A stretch of 64,000 nucleotides of DNA from Dimorphilus gyrociliatus. Its lineage: Eukaryota; Animalia; Annelida. The stretch lies in contig CAJFCJ010000019.1 in assembly GCA_904063045.1 (NCBI GenBank), positions 682,001 to 746,000 on the forward strand, written 5' to 3'. The position numbers were made by a program, and so were the translations under genes. Numbering within the stretch: the stretch's first letter is position 1; every line of letters starts with the position of its first letter. Under the pieces are notes generated by a model, which saw only the letters and a list, made by a program, of their open reading frames with translations, searched no databases and was not told the origin of the DNA. Below, in pieces: positions 1-12,995 of the stretch.

Positions 1-616
1 CGACTACATATTATTCATTATGGGGTTGGACCAATAACAGAACATGACGTTGAATTAGCAAAGTCGTTCAACGGTAATTAATGATAAAATAAAAAGAAAG
101 GACAAGCACTAAGACTTTAATTTCTTTTTTGTTTCAGGAGTTATTTACGGCTTTAATGTCGATTGTGTTGGTTCTGCTCAATCTTTAGCGAATTCTTCCA
201 AAGTCGATGTTGAACGTCATAATATAATTTACAAGTTACTGGATAATATTCGAGATCGACTTTCGAAAAAGCTCCCTCTAATCGATCGGGAAGAAATAGT
301 TGGCCAAGCCACGGTGCTAGAATTATTTCGTATAAACGAAGGGAAAAAGAAAATTCCGGTTGCCGGAAGTCGATGTACAAAAGGAACTTTACAAAGGAAG
401 CTCAATTTTCGCCTAATAAGGAATGAAGACCTTTTATTAGAAGGACCTGTTCATTCGTTAAGGCACTTTAAAAACGAAGTTGAAAGTATAAAAACGGATG
501 TTGAATGTGGAATCAGGTTTGAAGACTTTTTTATTGAACCTCAGCCTGGCGATGACATTATATGCTATAAAGTTGTACAAGGAGAGCAAAAATTAGATTG
601 GTATTTAGATTTTTAA
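1..616 (+). CDS. MTIF2: Mitochondrial translation initiation factor IF-2, 3' end (partial; exons <1-73 and 138-616)
   Basis: Spliced frame reads IIHYGVGPITEHDVELAKSFN|GVIYGFNV...GPVHSLRHFKNEVESIKTDVECGIRFEDF, matching the IF2 C-terminal domains. GT-AG intron 74-137, stop at 614-616. Confidence 0.9.
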
Positions 617-657
617 ATGGAAATATATTTCAATAATTCAGTTTGATAAGTTAGCAA

Positions 658-2871
658 TTATTTTTTAACGACTGATGACCCATTTGTTGTAATACCTCGC
701 GCTTTCTGAGCAAACATTAAGCTGGCCTTCGTTTCGCTGATATTCTCAATATTTGGTGCAACGTTAACAATCAAGGCCGTTTTTGAGTTACCGCCTAAAC
801 ACTCCTTAAGAACAAATGTTAATCTAGAGTTTCTATAGGGAACATGAGAATTTTTCCCTCTTAGTGCATAAATTACATCACCAAGGCAAGTTAAAGAGTA
901 GTTAATGGCAATGGCTTCTCTGATTCGGTCGTTCTCTTTACCCTCCGATTGGGAAGTGAGACGCTCTGAACCAGCAAGATCAACAAGATATAATACACCT
1001 TTCGATGTTAAATTTGAAAATTTGTTCTTTCCTTCAACTGTAATCGTAAGTATTTGATGCGACCTTGACGAAGCTTCGTTCATAAGAGTAGAAGCCACAG
1101 CTCGTTTACTTTTTCCTTTAGTAAATATCTAAAAAAAGATTTCCAGCTAGAATTTCTTTTTAAGTAAGTAGAACTGCAAGAAAGTTATTAACCTCATTAA
1201 TATCATCTACCGTGGTCACTTTTATGATTGTCATGTCAGGTAAATAGACGCCATCTTCCGGATCATACTTTGCGGTCAGTAACACAGTCTTGTCTGACAG
1301 TAAATCTCTTACTCTATCATTATAGATTTCAAATGCAGATACCGTTAATTGGTATGTCCAATCTGATTGTCTCTCTTTAATTTCTTTTAATAATTTACTT
1401 AGGGATCTCGTACTTAGACCAGGATCTTCCGTAGGTCCGTCCATCGTAAAAGTCTTTCCAGCTGATGTTTGTCCATAAGCCATAATACAGACATTTTGAC
1501 CATCAACGCAGGATATTATTAGCGGTTGTATTTCGTTAAAGATTTCCTCCTGGGATGAATTTGGATTAAATACTCTATCTAAATCAAACTTTGACAACGA
1601 ATCTCCCTTTTTAACCTTGTTTTTTTAAAAAAGAAACATGTTATCTTATATTGATCGTAAGGGAATTATAGATTACTATAATTTGAGTATCATCATGAGG
1701 ATTTGACTGTACACAAATTGTACCCGATTCTCTCTTTTCCTTTGCTAATTGCGGTCGAATTCTGCAATAAACTCGTATTCTGCCCTTAAGATCAATTATT
1801 TCGTTGTAATATCTCTTTCGTCGAGCTATCTCAGCCTGATAATCCTTTAAAAGTGTGTTATAGTTTCTGTTATTTCTAATCTCATTTAGTTCCTATAAAA
1901 ACCAATATATCTTGAGTAATTACATGCCGACGCATATTTTTAATAAACTTACTATTTTTAATCTATTCGCCTCCTCCTTTAATTGCATAGTTTCATTAGT
2001 GTTTTTCAATGAATTTTCTCTAGTTCTATGAATATTCTCTAATTCTACTTTACAATTGTCAATCTCATTTTCATATTTCCTACAATTTTTTATTAATATA
2101 TCATTTTCTTCTTTTAGTTTAGCTATTGTTGCTAAAAGTTCAATATTTTCCTCTCGATTTGCTCCTATTGCATTGATTAAATTTTTATCCTTTTCACCGA
2201 AATAATTCAATTGACCTTGGACGAATTTCTTATTGTCGTTCATAAATTTCATGGACAATTGTAACTGATTGATCAAAGAATCTTTTTCATCAAGTAACTG
2301 AGAGAATATGACAGTCTCTTTCTTTAATAAATTATATTGTTCTATTTGATTTTTATGAAATTCTTCACCAGATTTCTTAACAATCTCCATGTTTAAGAAG
2401 GATTTTTTCTTTAGATCGTAAATATCTATAAATAGATGGATGAGAGGGAAAAAAAGAGAATAAATTGATTTTTTAAAAATCATTTTTACATATTCAGAAG
2501 AGCATACAAAGTCTATTTATATATTTTATACCGTTTTTCAAATCCTTAACGATTTCCACAATGTCTGTTTACGTTTGTTAGAAATAATACCGATTAGCAA
2601 TGATTATAAATATATAGCATATATACAGTCAGTATATACTGTATATATATAACTATTTAAATATAAAACCTGTTTTTCCTTTATCCAAGCTATTGGATTC
2701 TAATTTATAAGTTTTCTCATTTTTCCGCTCAACCGATTGATCCATTAAAAAATCTGATGGTTCTGGATCAACTCTACTAGATCCATCATCTGAAATATCT
2801 TCTGATTCATAATTATTAAATGGAACGACAGCCCGATCGATTATATTATTCATTAAACTCTTGTGTAACAT
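658..2871 (-). CDS. Kinesin-14 family C-terminal motor protein (KIFC3-like), multi-exon
   Basis: Coiled-coil N-terminal exons, then neck RRKRYYNEIIDLKGRIRVYCRIRP (~1750-1830), P-loop AYGQTSAGKT, switch I NEASSRSH and switch II DLAGSER. The motor domain is C-terminal. Confidence 0.88.
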
Positions 2872-4047
2872 TTCTATACTTGATTCCCTATTCCAAACTT
2901 TACTTATCCAGTTACCTTATTTAATTCTTATTATTATTTTTATTGTTTTTAATTTTTTGTATTCAATTATTTTCAAACTTAAAAATATTTTTATACAACG
3001 CAATAAATTCAATCTTTACTTTACCCATTTTTAATTGAGGAAGAAGAGTAAAAAGACAGATAAAGAGAGATTGCTTAGAAAGATAAGAAGAGATTTTTTT
3101 TATATATTCTTTTTTTAAACTGTTATATTTTTTTAATTTATTTTAATGATGCAATTCTTATTCCTAGTTTAATTGAATTGGTTTACAACTATGTAAAAGA
3201 AGAGTCCATTGATATTATGGGGAATGGGGAGATTAAAGGAGAGAAGAAAGTCAAGAATAAATAATCGTTAGGTTCATTGAAAGGAGAGATGGTATAGAGT
3301 TTGTTTGTTTGTTAGTACATGGGTTTTTATAGACTACATATAGTTGTAGATCTTATAGAAACAGGAAACATTTTCTTTTTTGAAAAGGATATCTTATTTC
3401 ATAACAACTAAGAAATAATCCCAAATAGAAAGGTATTAGGTAACAACTTTAAACTAATTTCAAGACGCGCATGAAATAATAATGATGAAACCGTAGAAAT
3501 AAAGTGAATGGAGTATAAGTAAATAAAATTAAATAAATAAATAAATAAATCAATATATATATATATACAGTATATATATAAATTAGTAATATAAATAATT
3601 CTGAAATTTTTGAGTGTGTATTCTGTTTTACTTGCAGGTATCTAAATTTTTCGACTAGCTAAGCATTCGCTGACATGTAGCACTTTTTTACTTTAAGAAC
3701 GAAATTATTGAAAAAAAAAACGTATATATATATATATATATATATAAACCTTTAAAACATTACACCAGTATAAATTAGTTGCTTTATTCCTTTTTTATGT
3801 TTTCCTCCGATTTTTTTTTTTTAAGAGTTTGTTTTTTTCCTTCGTAATCTTTTTTTTTTTAAAAACTGTAAAAAAAAATGAAAAAAAAAAATAAAGACAG
3901 TCTGAGCAAAGGACCGTTTAAACCGCGTTTTGCAGTTTTTGCAGTAGAAAAAAATTATGTTTTTTATTTTTTTGTTTGTTTTAAACTTTTCAAAAAGAGT
4001 TTATATTAAATTTTTATTATTTTTTTTTTCTTTGGTTATTTGTGTTT

Positions 4048-7000
4048 TTAATTTGCTAAATTGTGGAAAAGCCAATCCAATTTTGTTGTCCATGAAGCAC
4101 CGTAAGCTTCTTTTAAATGTTTACAGAAGTAGGCTATGGCATCTTTTTCTTCACGGGTTACGGCTAAAGTTTTTTTCAAATATTCCAGATCGTCAATAGA
4201 CTGTAATTCCGGTAATCCACAAGGAATCATGAGCATAAACAATGTGAGAAAAAGATGCGCTTCACGACGGATAATCCTATATAATTCTGTACATAACTTA
4301 AAAAATTTTTGATTGTTTTCATTCTTCAAACTCTTATCTCCTTTGCCGATAACAGCCATAAAGTCTGATGTTAACACAAATGGAACACGTTCTCTTTGAA
4401 TACCGAATTTTTTCTTTCGGTGATCTAAGAAATGGCCAAAGTCTATATGAAAAACCATACCCTTTTCGGTAACCATAATATTATCCGGATGTCTATCACC
4501 TATTCCCAAAATGAATGTAGCTACGCAATAAGCGGCGCACGAATGCTGGAAATTTGCAACGGCTATTTCATAGTCTTCGTCTTTTGTATTCTTTTTACGA
4601 ATCCAGTTGTGAAGGGCGTTATGCTTAACTTGAGCAGCGTCTAATATACCTTTATTTTTTTGAATTTGAGTGACAGTTTTAGCATTTTGAACAACTTCAA
4701 TCCAACCATTATCGCGACCGGTTGAAAGGCAACCATAGGCATTCATTCGACAATCGTAATTATTCTGTTGCCAAATCTTATTCATAATTTGAAGAGCTTG
4801 TAAAGTGAGCATATCTTGCCGGAGATCATCGCCATTTTTAAATATTAAACCGTATTCGAAAGGTGGTGCTTTTTCTCTTATTTTCCAACATAGTCTAACT
4901 GGTCGTTTCTTAGAACCCATCACTTTCGAATCGGTAACTTGTAAATCTTGCAAAAGAACTTCCGGTTTAACCGAGCATCGTATATTTTGCAAAGCTTCAA
5001 TACAATCGTGTTTACTAATTAAATCTTGAGCTATTTTTTGTTGTTCTACTAAATTGCTTGTCTCATCTTTATAACAATTTGTTAAAAATGACAATTTTTC
5101 AACACCCTGCATTTGTTTTCTTAATATTGGAAAAAGTGGACCACAAGTCCGGCAAAATACTTCCAAAATTAAGGTAAAACGTCTTCTACAATCAATATTT
5201 TGATTAATTTCTGATTTTAAATGCCAAAAGAAGGATTGTCCTATAAAAGCGTTTGACAGTGATTTCTCTAAAAGGAATCTTGTTAATGAGTTATCTAAAT
5301 AAGTTTCAGATTTTAACAATTGTACTAATTGAAGTAGATACATTTCCACGTCGTCGTCGCTTAATTGTCTATATAAACACTTAACGGCGAAGTCTCTAAC
5401 TTTTGGGTCTGTGCAAGCTGGCGAAAGAAGTTGTAAGGCAGTGTAAGTATCTAGTGGAGGCCATTGTTCTAATAATTTATAAAATGAAAAAGGTGAATCA
5501 TCTTCATTGTCGCGAGGTTCCCATGGTATAACTCTAACTAGAAGTGGCAGAGATTGTGGGTAGTCTTTTCTTAATTTATTTTTGACACCCCATAAACAAG
5601 TCAATTCTTCGCAGTTCAACTCTGAAGCACTAACGGGGTCTTGGCGTAATATATTATTAATAATGTGATCACTTATTATTGATTCTTTATAAGAAATCGT
5701 TTCGCTTTCGCATTGTTTTTGAAACTCATCATCATTCATATATCTTAGAACACAATCGACTTTGTCGAAGCAAACGATCAATGTAGTCTTCTCTTGTTCA
5801 ACATAATTTTGCTCAACTCCTCTTAACGGATTTAAAGCATCTGAACACCTTGGAGATGTTGGCCACATATGAATTGTAACATCACCTCTTGGAGTTTTTC
5901 CCTCAAAGTCAAATAAATTCATATTTGCCCACGCCACGGCACCATGTCCCTTATTTTTCTTCTGCTGCGTCGTACAAATAGCAAATGCAACCCTGGTTGT
6001 TCTTGGTAAATGACAAACTCCTATATTTGGTATTGTTAGTACTTGCTCCCAATTTGGATCGTTTTTGGCAGTTGTTTGAACAGTTTTTCCTAATTGATCT
6101 TGGCCATTAAAAAGAGCGACTTTAACATAAACTTTACCATCTTGAAGATTAACGTAAGAGCCGCTTCGAATCTGAAAATAAAATAAATAACGAGAAGAGA
6201 TATGTTGAATAAGCTGCCAATTTTATATAACTTACGAGAATAGTTTGAGGTTCTCTATATGACGTCGATAACGTACCGGAAATACGTTCTCTTTGTGTAA
6301 TTTTTCTAAATCTCTCTGTATTAAACTCTTGAGGTTTTTGAATGCGTGAATCTCTTAAAAATAATTCGATTGTTTCCCGAAACTTTATGTAAATAAGAAT
6401 AGAAGTAAAGATAATTGACAAATTCAGTTTCTCTTTAATACTTACAACTTTCTGCTTTACCAAAACAAATTCAGGTTGAATATTCCTTAATAAGCACATT
6501 CTTATATATCTATAATGAGAAATTGTCTTCTCGTGAATTAAATATTCGTCAGATCCAAAAACTTTTAAGACATAATCTTCGTCATTTAATTCCTTTAAAA
6601 AAAATAGATAAAATAGATTATCCCATGGATAATACAGTATATTTATATATATATATACTTTTTTAACTCTTTCTACTTTTTCGCAGCATACTTTAACTAT
6701 TTTAGAAGGAGTATAACGGTCATCAATTTGCTTTGTAAAACTTGAATCTTCAATCCGAAATTTTATGAAAAACTTCATAAATAAATAAAGAAAATAAAAG
6801 TATTATTCTTTCTATTTCAATATATTAAAGAAATATAATTCACCGGTTTAGGAGCGAATATATCTTTAGAAGTTTTATCCAATCTAGCTGGATAGAGAAA
6901 CCTTGTTGTGTTTTCGATATCGAGAAAATTATTATAACGTTTTTTAACAATATCGGAACAAAATTTGAACATATTTAACCGGAAGCAAGATTCTTCTCTC

Positions 7001-7539
7001 TATATTGTTAATAATAATATAATTGATAAGATAAGATTTTATTTTGTTTTAAACTAACAACAATAAAAGAAAGAAAAACACTTACCTTTGGCTGAGCTGT
7101 AAATTCATTAAGAGTTGGACCAACTAAAGTTGATAATTCGGATTGAAAAATTTCTTCACTGTGATCACCTTTACGGTCAACTAATTTAAGAAATGATCGA
7201 AATAATCTGAGATCGCATAAACGACGAGTTTCATCACAAAATTCTTCAACTTTAGCATCTTTCGTAACTGATTGAAAATTATAGCAACTTTTATCGGATA
7301 GATTTTCAAAATTGGGTAATTGTCTAGCTTTTTTCCAAACAGTCGCCTTAATTTTCTCTAAATCATCATCTGTTTTAACGGTAATTGGCATAATGAAAAA
7401 ATTTGGTAATAAAATATCAATGTCGACCTGTTGGGAACAAGACAAATAATATAAAAAAACTTATAGGTATATAGGTATCTATACATACATCCTCCGGCGG
7501 TAAAGCTTGGTCCCAAATCTCGCCTGAAGTCGGCGGCAT
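4048..7539 (-). CDS. PIK3CA: Class IA phosphoinositide 3-kinase catalytic subunit p110 (alpha-like)
   Basis: ATG 7539 gives MPPTSGEIWDQALPPED. ABD motif EEFCDETRRLCDLRLF, C2 motif AWANMNLFD, kinase motifs FKNGDDLRQD, GIGDRHPDNIMV and HIDFGHFL, C-terminus WTTKLDWLFH. Confidence 0.92.
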
Positions 7540-8920
7540 TTTGGTGGAATTTGTCTGTAAATAATAAAAAAAAAAAAACCGCAATATTTATTCCCGTTAG
7601 ATAGGCCTAGTAAAAATATATAAAAAGAATTGCTTGTACGTTGTAAACAAGTTTGAAGAGAGGAATAAAGTAGTAATTTTTGATGAAATATGAGTACAAT
7701 ATACAAGTATATTCAAAATGAATAACTGATAAATTAGGTATTTACAATTGTTCTATATAATGAAATGTTTGGAATCTGGGCGGGCTCAATATCAGACAAT
7801 ATTTACAATCATTATAAGGAAATCAATTGTCTACTTTTAGATCAATAAAAATGCAATTCGATCTAATTAAAGCATAAGAAAAATTATTGTTATTTTTTTT
7901 TTTTTAAGAAAAAAAAAACAAACATGAAAATCAAAAAAACAATATTTTTTTTTATTTTTTAGTACCAGTTTTAGCCCATACAGTTAGAAAACATTTACTA
8001 ATTCAAACGTTTTTTTTTCCTGCTCTCTTTCTCTCATAGAATATCTGGAAAACTTGGAAGAATTTTTGTTTTTTACTATATTGTTAATAATAGTATCTTA
8101 TTATTATTATAGTTTTCTCCCTGTCTATTGCAGTCTTTATTTTCTCTTTTATTCTATTTATTTATTCATTCTTTCTTTATTTCTTTCCTTCCTTCCTCCC
8201 TCCCTTCCTTCCTTTAGTATTTATTTAAAAAAAAAATAAAAAAGACACACCTTTCCTAATATATATTACAATACATACATCTATAATAAATATAGAATAG
8301 ATTTACCACTTCCTACCTCTGTAATATTTAAAATGTTAACACTTATAGAAAGGACAGCGGAAACGGTTAAAGAGTAGATTATTTACAATTATAGAATAGC
8401 ATTAGTTTAGAATGATAGTTATCAAAATGAGAAATACGACACTATTAATGATTCACTTACACTAGAATAAAAAATTTTTTTTAAAAAATAGAAAATAGAG
8501 ATCGTTGACTTTCAATAGGCTTAAAATTTTATTGGTATTCCCAGAAAATCTTATAGTCTTCTCCATGTAAATTGTACAAGTATGGAAAATAGGTGATCAA
8601 AGCTTCAACAACCACCGAGGAAGTAGAATATACATTTCTTTAGGGTATTTTGATAAATTTTAGATATTATTTCTATACATAGAAGAATTTTGATCATAAA
8701 TATCGAATAGTTTATGATCGCTTTAAACTCGTAGACGAGGCGATTAGCCAATAATAAATTAGCTTAAAATTGAAAAATTCGTAAACAATCGTCCTTCGAC
8801 TTTATCAAATCTACTCATCAAAAATAATCGCAGACAGCACATTGAGACAGCAATTATATTTATATGAAGCTCTCCCTGAGCAATCATTCACAAGAAAACA
8901 GTAAACAGATCAATACTTAC

Positions 8921-9045
8921 GTGTTTAACGTTCAGCACACTGAAATTTCTCTGCTTCAATCTTAGCTAACATTCACGCACATGCGCAAAGGATCCCAGTT
9001 CGCCCGGACGTTGTAAATAGAGAATAGGAATCTAATTCGCCAATC
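8921..9045. promoter_or_regulatory. Probable bidirectional promoter (PI3K non-coding exon 1 / MRPL49) with NRF1-like site
   Basis: Minus-strand donor C|GTAAGTAT at 8920 can pair with the acceptor at 7555, 15 nt upstream of the PI3K ATG. CGCACATGCGCA at 8976-8987. MRPL49 ATG at 9046. Confidence 0.5.
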
Positions 9046-9810
9046 ATGATTGTAAGGTCGTGCCGTTTAAATTTAACAGGATTTAAGCCAGTATTTCGTC
9101 GTTTTAGTTCATCTTTTGTAAGTGTTTCCAGTAGATTTTCTACTAATATTCAATAAGCACCCTTGATTTGTTTTCAACCTGTTCAAAGAAAATAATAATA
9201 TTAAGAAAGGCCGAGCGATAATTAGTGTATTCATTTAATAAAAATTCCATTGTAGTTTCCCGAAGAAGAGAAGGCAGGAGATGGATACATTAAATATAAA
9301 GAAAAGAGTGTTTCTGCTCCAGACAGAAGATGGGTGGTAGAGAGTGACCATTGGAAAGAACAAACTAGAAAAGGATTTCCATTAGAGAAACAAGAAACTC
9401 TTCACGAAAATTTTGAAACTTCAAGAAACGAAGCGGAATGGAAAGCTGTACAATCGTTGTTACCTTTAAAAGAAATACCCTTACCTCCTAAGCACAAGTC
9501 GTACCCAACACCTTCAGGATGGGTTCCTCCTTCGTCTACTCTGCCAGATGAAAAATATCACATTAGAAGAACACGTTTTCATCAGTTACCGGTTTATCTT
9601 GAAAGCCGATTAGGAGGTTGGCATCACCTAACCGTAATACGTTACTGCGATGGCGACCTTTGGGCATTGGAAGCTGACCTAAGAGCTGAAATAAATAAAG
9701 TTAAAGGAGAAGAACCACTAACCCAAGTTGACGAAGTTTGCGGTAAAGTTCGATTAAAAGGAGCATTTTTAAAAGAAGTATCTGACTTCTTAATATCCAA
9801 AGGATTTTAG
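9046..9810 (+). CDS. MRPL49: Mitochondrial ribosomal protein L49 (exons 9046-9117, 9256-9810)
   Basis: Exon 1 is an Arg-rich presequence MIVRSCRL...FRRFSSSF. Exon 2 contains YPTPSGWVPP, YHIRRTRFHQLPVY, DGDLWALE and GKVRLKG, typical of mL49. Confidence 0.88.
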
Positions 9811-10151
9811 AATAGAATTTAAATTTAATACAGATAATTCTTTATTTAAACTTTATCGTTAAATTGCATATTCTTGTCTTGTAAAAGAAAAAAATAACTA
9901 CACTCCTTTGCAATTAGATTTAACCAATGAATATACTATTGACACATCAAAGAGCAAATGAAAAACTGTCACAAAACTAGAATCTAACCTCATTCTAAAC
10001 TAAACATGTGTTTTGACAAATTACAACAAAAACGAACTTCAGATGGCGACACCTGCAAGAAAGACAGACATAAAGGAATTCCAATTACGCAAATAAAAAT
10101 ATAGAGGTCGGGATATACCTGAATCAAACTTTACCTGTAGTTAACCTGATA

Positions 10152-12752
10152 ATGAATGTTTTTCTCCTGGAAGAGGGTAGCATCATAAAAACTTTTATAA
10201 CTCTATTATTTTTATTAGGTAAGTTATTTAAAAAGCGAAAAATTAATGATATTTCAGTGGATTTTAGCAAATAAATAATTTTTTTTGCATTATTTTTATT
10301 TATTTATTTTTTTTAAAAAATAGCAGATTTGGCTTTATGCGATTATGATTGTCATGAAAACTTTAGTCACTATAAAGGATACTTTTACGAACCTTACATT
10401 CCTTCAAACAATCCATTATCAACTAAACGTTGCACATATAGATTTCAAATAGAGAATATTAAAAAAAATGCTATACTATGTATAGATTTTTCTTCAACGG
10501 GAATTTACCTACACAGTAACAATAAATGCAATTCTGACTATGTGGAAATTAATGCATCTCCTGTGAATTTTAATAAAATAAATATAACAAAAAGTTCTAG
10601 TTTATTTTGTGCTGATGGATCTGCAACATCGAAAGATTCTCCTCTCAAGTCAATCAATCAATTTCCCTTTTGTTGTACGGATTTGTTATATTTTTAATTA
10701 ATATTACTTCTTTAAACCATAGAGATATTATGATTAAGCATGTTTTTAATCTAAATGCTACTTAATTAATAATTCTAGGGCACAAACATTGGAGAGGATT
10801 AAGCGTTTTCCATGGAAAACAAGAAGAAACATACGATATAACAATGGATGTGTTTGTTACAAATAATTCACACAAAATGTTTAATGGTCGTTATAGGATC
10901 TTTTATTCCGATTTTAACGTTAAACTTCAGGATATAAAGGAAGAAGTTTTCTATTATTTCTCAGGTATGTAGTAATTAATAATAAAAAACAACAACACAA
11001 GAATAAGATGCTAAATACACAGCAAAAATAATTAATTTCTCTTCTTCTTTTTTTCAGCAAATAGCTCGATTGCTTTCAACTGCAATTTTGAAAAGAATAC
11101 TTGTCTTAATTATATGACATCGCTTAATGCTCATATTAATAATTCACGTGCATGTTTAAACACTGTAGAAAGTTTGTTTTAATTAATTCTTTAATTAATT
11201 CAATTACAATTACTAAAATAGTTTTTTACTTTATAATTAGATAATCAATTGATGTGTTTTCGAAAATTTCCTAGTATTATCAAGTTTACGAAAGCTATTG
11301 AAATGCGTAAAAATGTTGAACATTGTTTGTCTTTTAGGTAAATTATAAGATTACTTTAAAATATATAGATAGTGTAAATAATCAAATTAAAATGTTACCT
11401 TTAGATATTGGCCAGGAACCAGCTATCTTAAAGTTACGGCTGAACTAAAAACGAAACTTTTAACTCGAGCCAGTAGCGACGAATTAACTTTGGTGTCGAC
11501 AAACGATTCTCGTAGAACTGGTTATTGGAGAAGAATAGAAATTCCAATATCGAAATATTACTATGAAGTTGATAAGGTTACTTTCTAAGGGTTTTAAGAG
11601 AGAAAGAAAAGAATTAATATATATATTTTTTACAGTTGAAATTTCATATACAAATGAAAAATTTAGAATATTCTCCAGCAGCAATCGATGATATTGAAAT
11701 ATGGAATACAAACTGCAAAGGTCAAAATTTTCATTGTACATTTGATATTGGATTTTGCAATTGGAAAGCACTGTATTTTGTAAGAAGAGCTTTTCACAGC
11801 AAAGACTTTGCTATCTCCTCTGGAAAATATTTTATTATAGCCAATCATAATGCTTCCTTAGCCCTTCCTTATTTCCTTCTACCGTCCCATCACACGTTCT
11901 GTATAAGATTTTTTTATAAGATTAGTGGAAGAGCTCGCTTACTGGTTTATCCAAATTTTTTAAATCAAAAGCTTAAGAGTACAGCATTATTTGAGGTAGA
12001 TAGTATAAGAAATACCATACAGACTGATAAATGGTTTAGATTCGAAAGAACCGTGTTCCTAAGTATAGGAGATATAAGAAATAAACTACAACTTGTCTTT
12101 AAAGTTATAGCAGAAGGCAAAGAGGCTTCAGTGTCGTTGGACGACGTTACTTTTATCACAAACGTCTGCATGAATAGTAAATATATTTGTGTATTATTCA
12201 AGGAGAAGAATGTCGGTTAATTATTGAATTTTCTTTTCCATGCTAGGAAAAAGCCCGACGGTTTTACCTTCGTTTAAACCTTGTAAATCAGACGAATTTC
12301 AATGTTCAGAAGAATGGTCTAGGTATAATTGTATCAAATCAGATTATCGATGCGATGGAAGATTCGATTGCCAAAATTCGAGAGACGAACAAAACTGTCC
12401 CACAACTCATGGTTAGATTTCGCTTATATCTCATTAATTGAGCAAATTTAAAATGGTATCCCGTTTCCTTATGATTATTTCAGCACCTAGAATTGGTATT
12501 TTCATTGGAATATCATTGGGTCTGGTATTATTGGTCATGTTAAGTGTTATAATACTCTTACTACTAATCCGAAGGCGTAAGATAAGAAGATCGAACGAAA
12601 CTAATATAGATCACGCAATAGAACCAACTCATCTAGATATACATGCGAAACTTCCAGCCTACGAAGATGTAGTATCGCAGGCACCACCACCTTACTCAGA
12701 CGTTGTTCAGCCACCACCCTATTCAGAAGAGGTAAGGGAAACTAACGTTTAG
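10152..12752 (+). CDS. Type I membrane protein: signal peptide-CUB-MAM-MAM-LDLa-TM-cytoplasmic PPxY motifs
   Basis: Signal exon 10152-10218. CUB-like RCTYRF..C.SDYVEI..FC. MAM1 CNFEKNTC...HCLSFRYW...AIDDI. MAM2 CTFDIGFCNW...FCIRFFY...SLDDV. LDLa CKSDEFQC...CIKSDYRCDGRFDCQNSRDEQNC (~12282-12397). TM IGIFIGISLGLVLLVMLSVIILLLLI. Tail PAY/PPPY/PPPY. Confidence 0.75.
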
Positions 12753-12995
12753 TAGATATACCAAAAAATGCTAAATATTGATAAAGACTGAAAAGATAAA
12801 GAAGAGAAGATAAACTAAAATTAAAAACAAATTAGCCTAACCTTTTCTTCTTTTTTGTTTATTTAATTATATTTTAGTGAGTTTTTATTTATAAAATTTC
12901 GTTTAAACACCAGTTTTTTTTACAATTTTCCAATTATATTTATACGTTTGTTTACATATAAAAGCATGTCTATTTTTGTTAAAATTCCTTTTTTA

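Noticed and set aside
1092-1500. Kinesin P-loop GQTSAGKT differs from the common GQTGSGKT
   Set aside because: It still fits GxxxxGKT, and Ser at this position is normal in kinesin-1. Switch I and II are intact, so it is not a dead motor.
3957-5029. Plus-strand ORFs 3957-4199, 4432-4644, 4805-5029
   Set aside because: Antisense shadows of the PI3K coding strand or AT-rich 3' UTR, with no recognisable motifs.
8054-8239. Hydrophobic 61-aa ORF (similar ones at 19840-20085 and 61782-62036)
   Set aside because: Translation of T-rich or CT-repeat low-complexity non-coding DNA. No ATG context or splice support for a standalone gene.
8692-8719. Hairpin GATCATAAA-N10-TTTATGATC
   Set aside because: Short AT-rich stem expected by chance in 64 kb.
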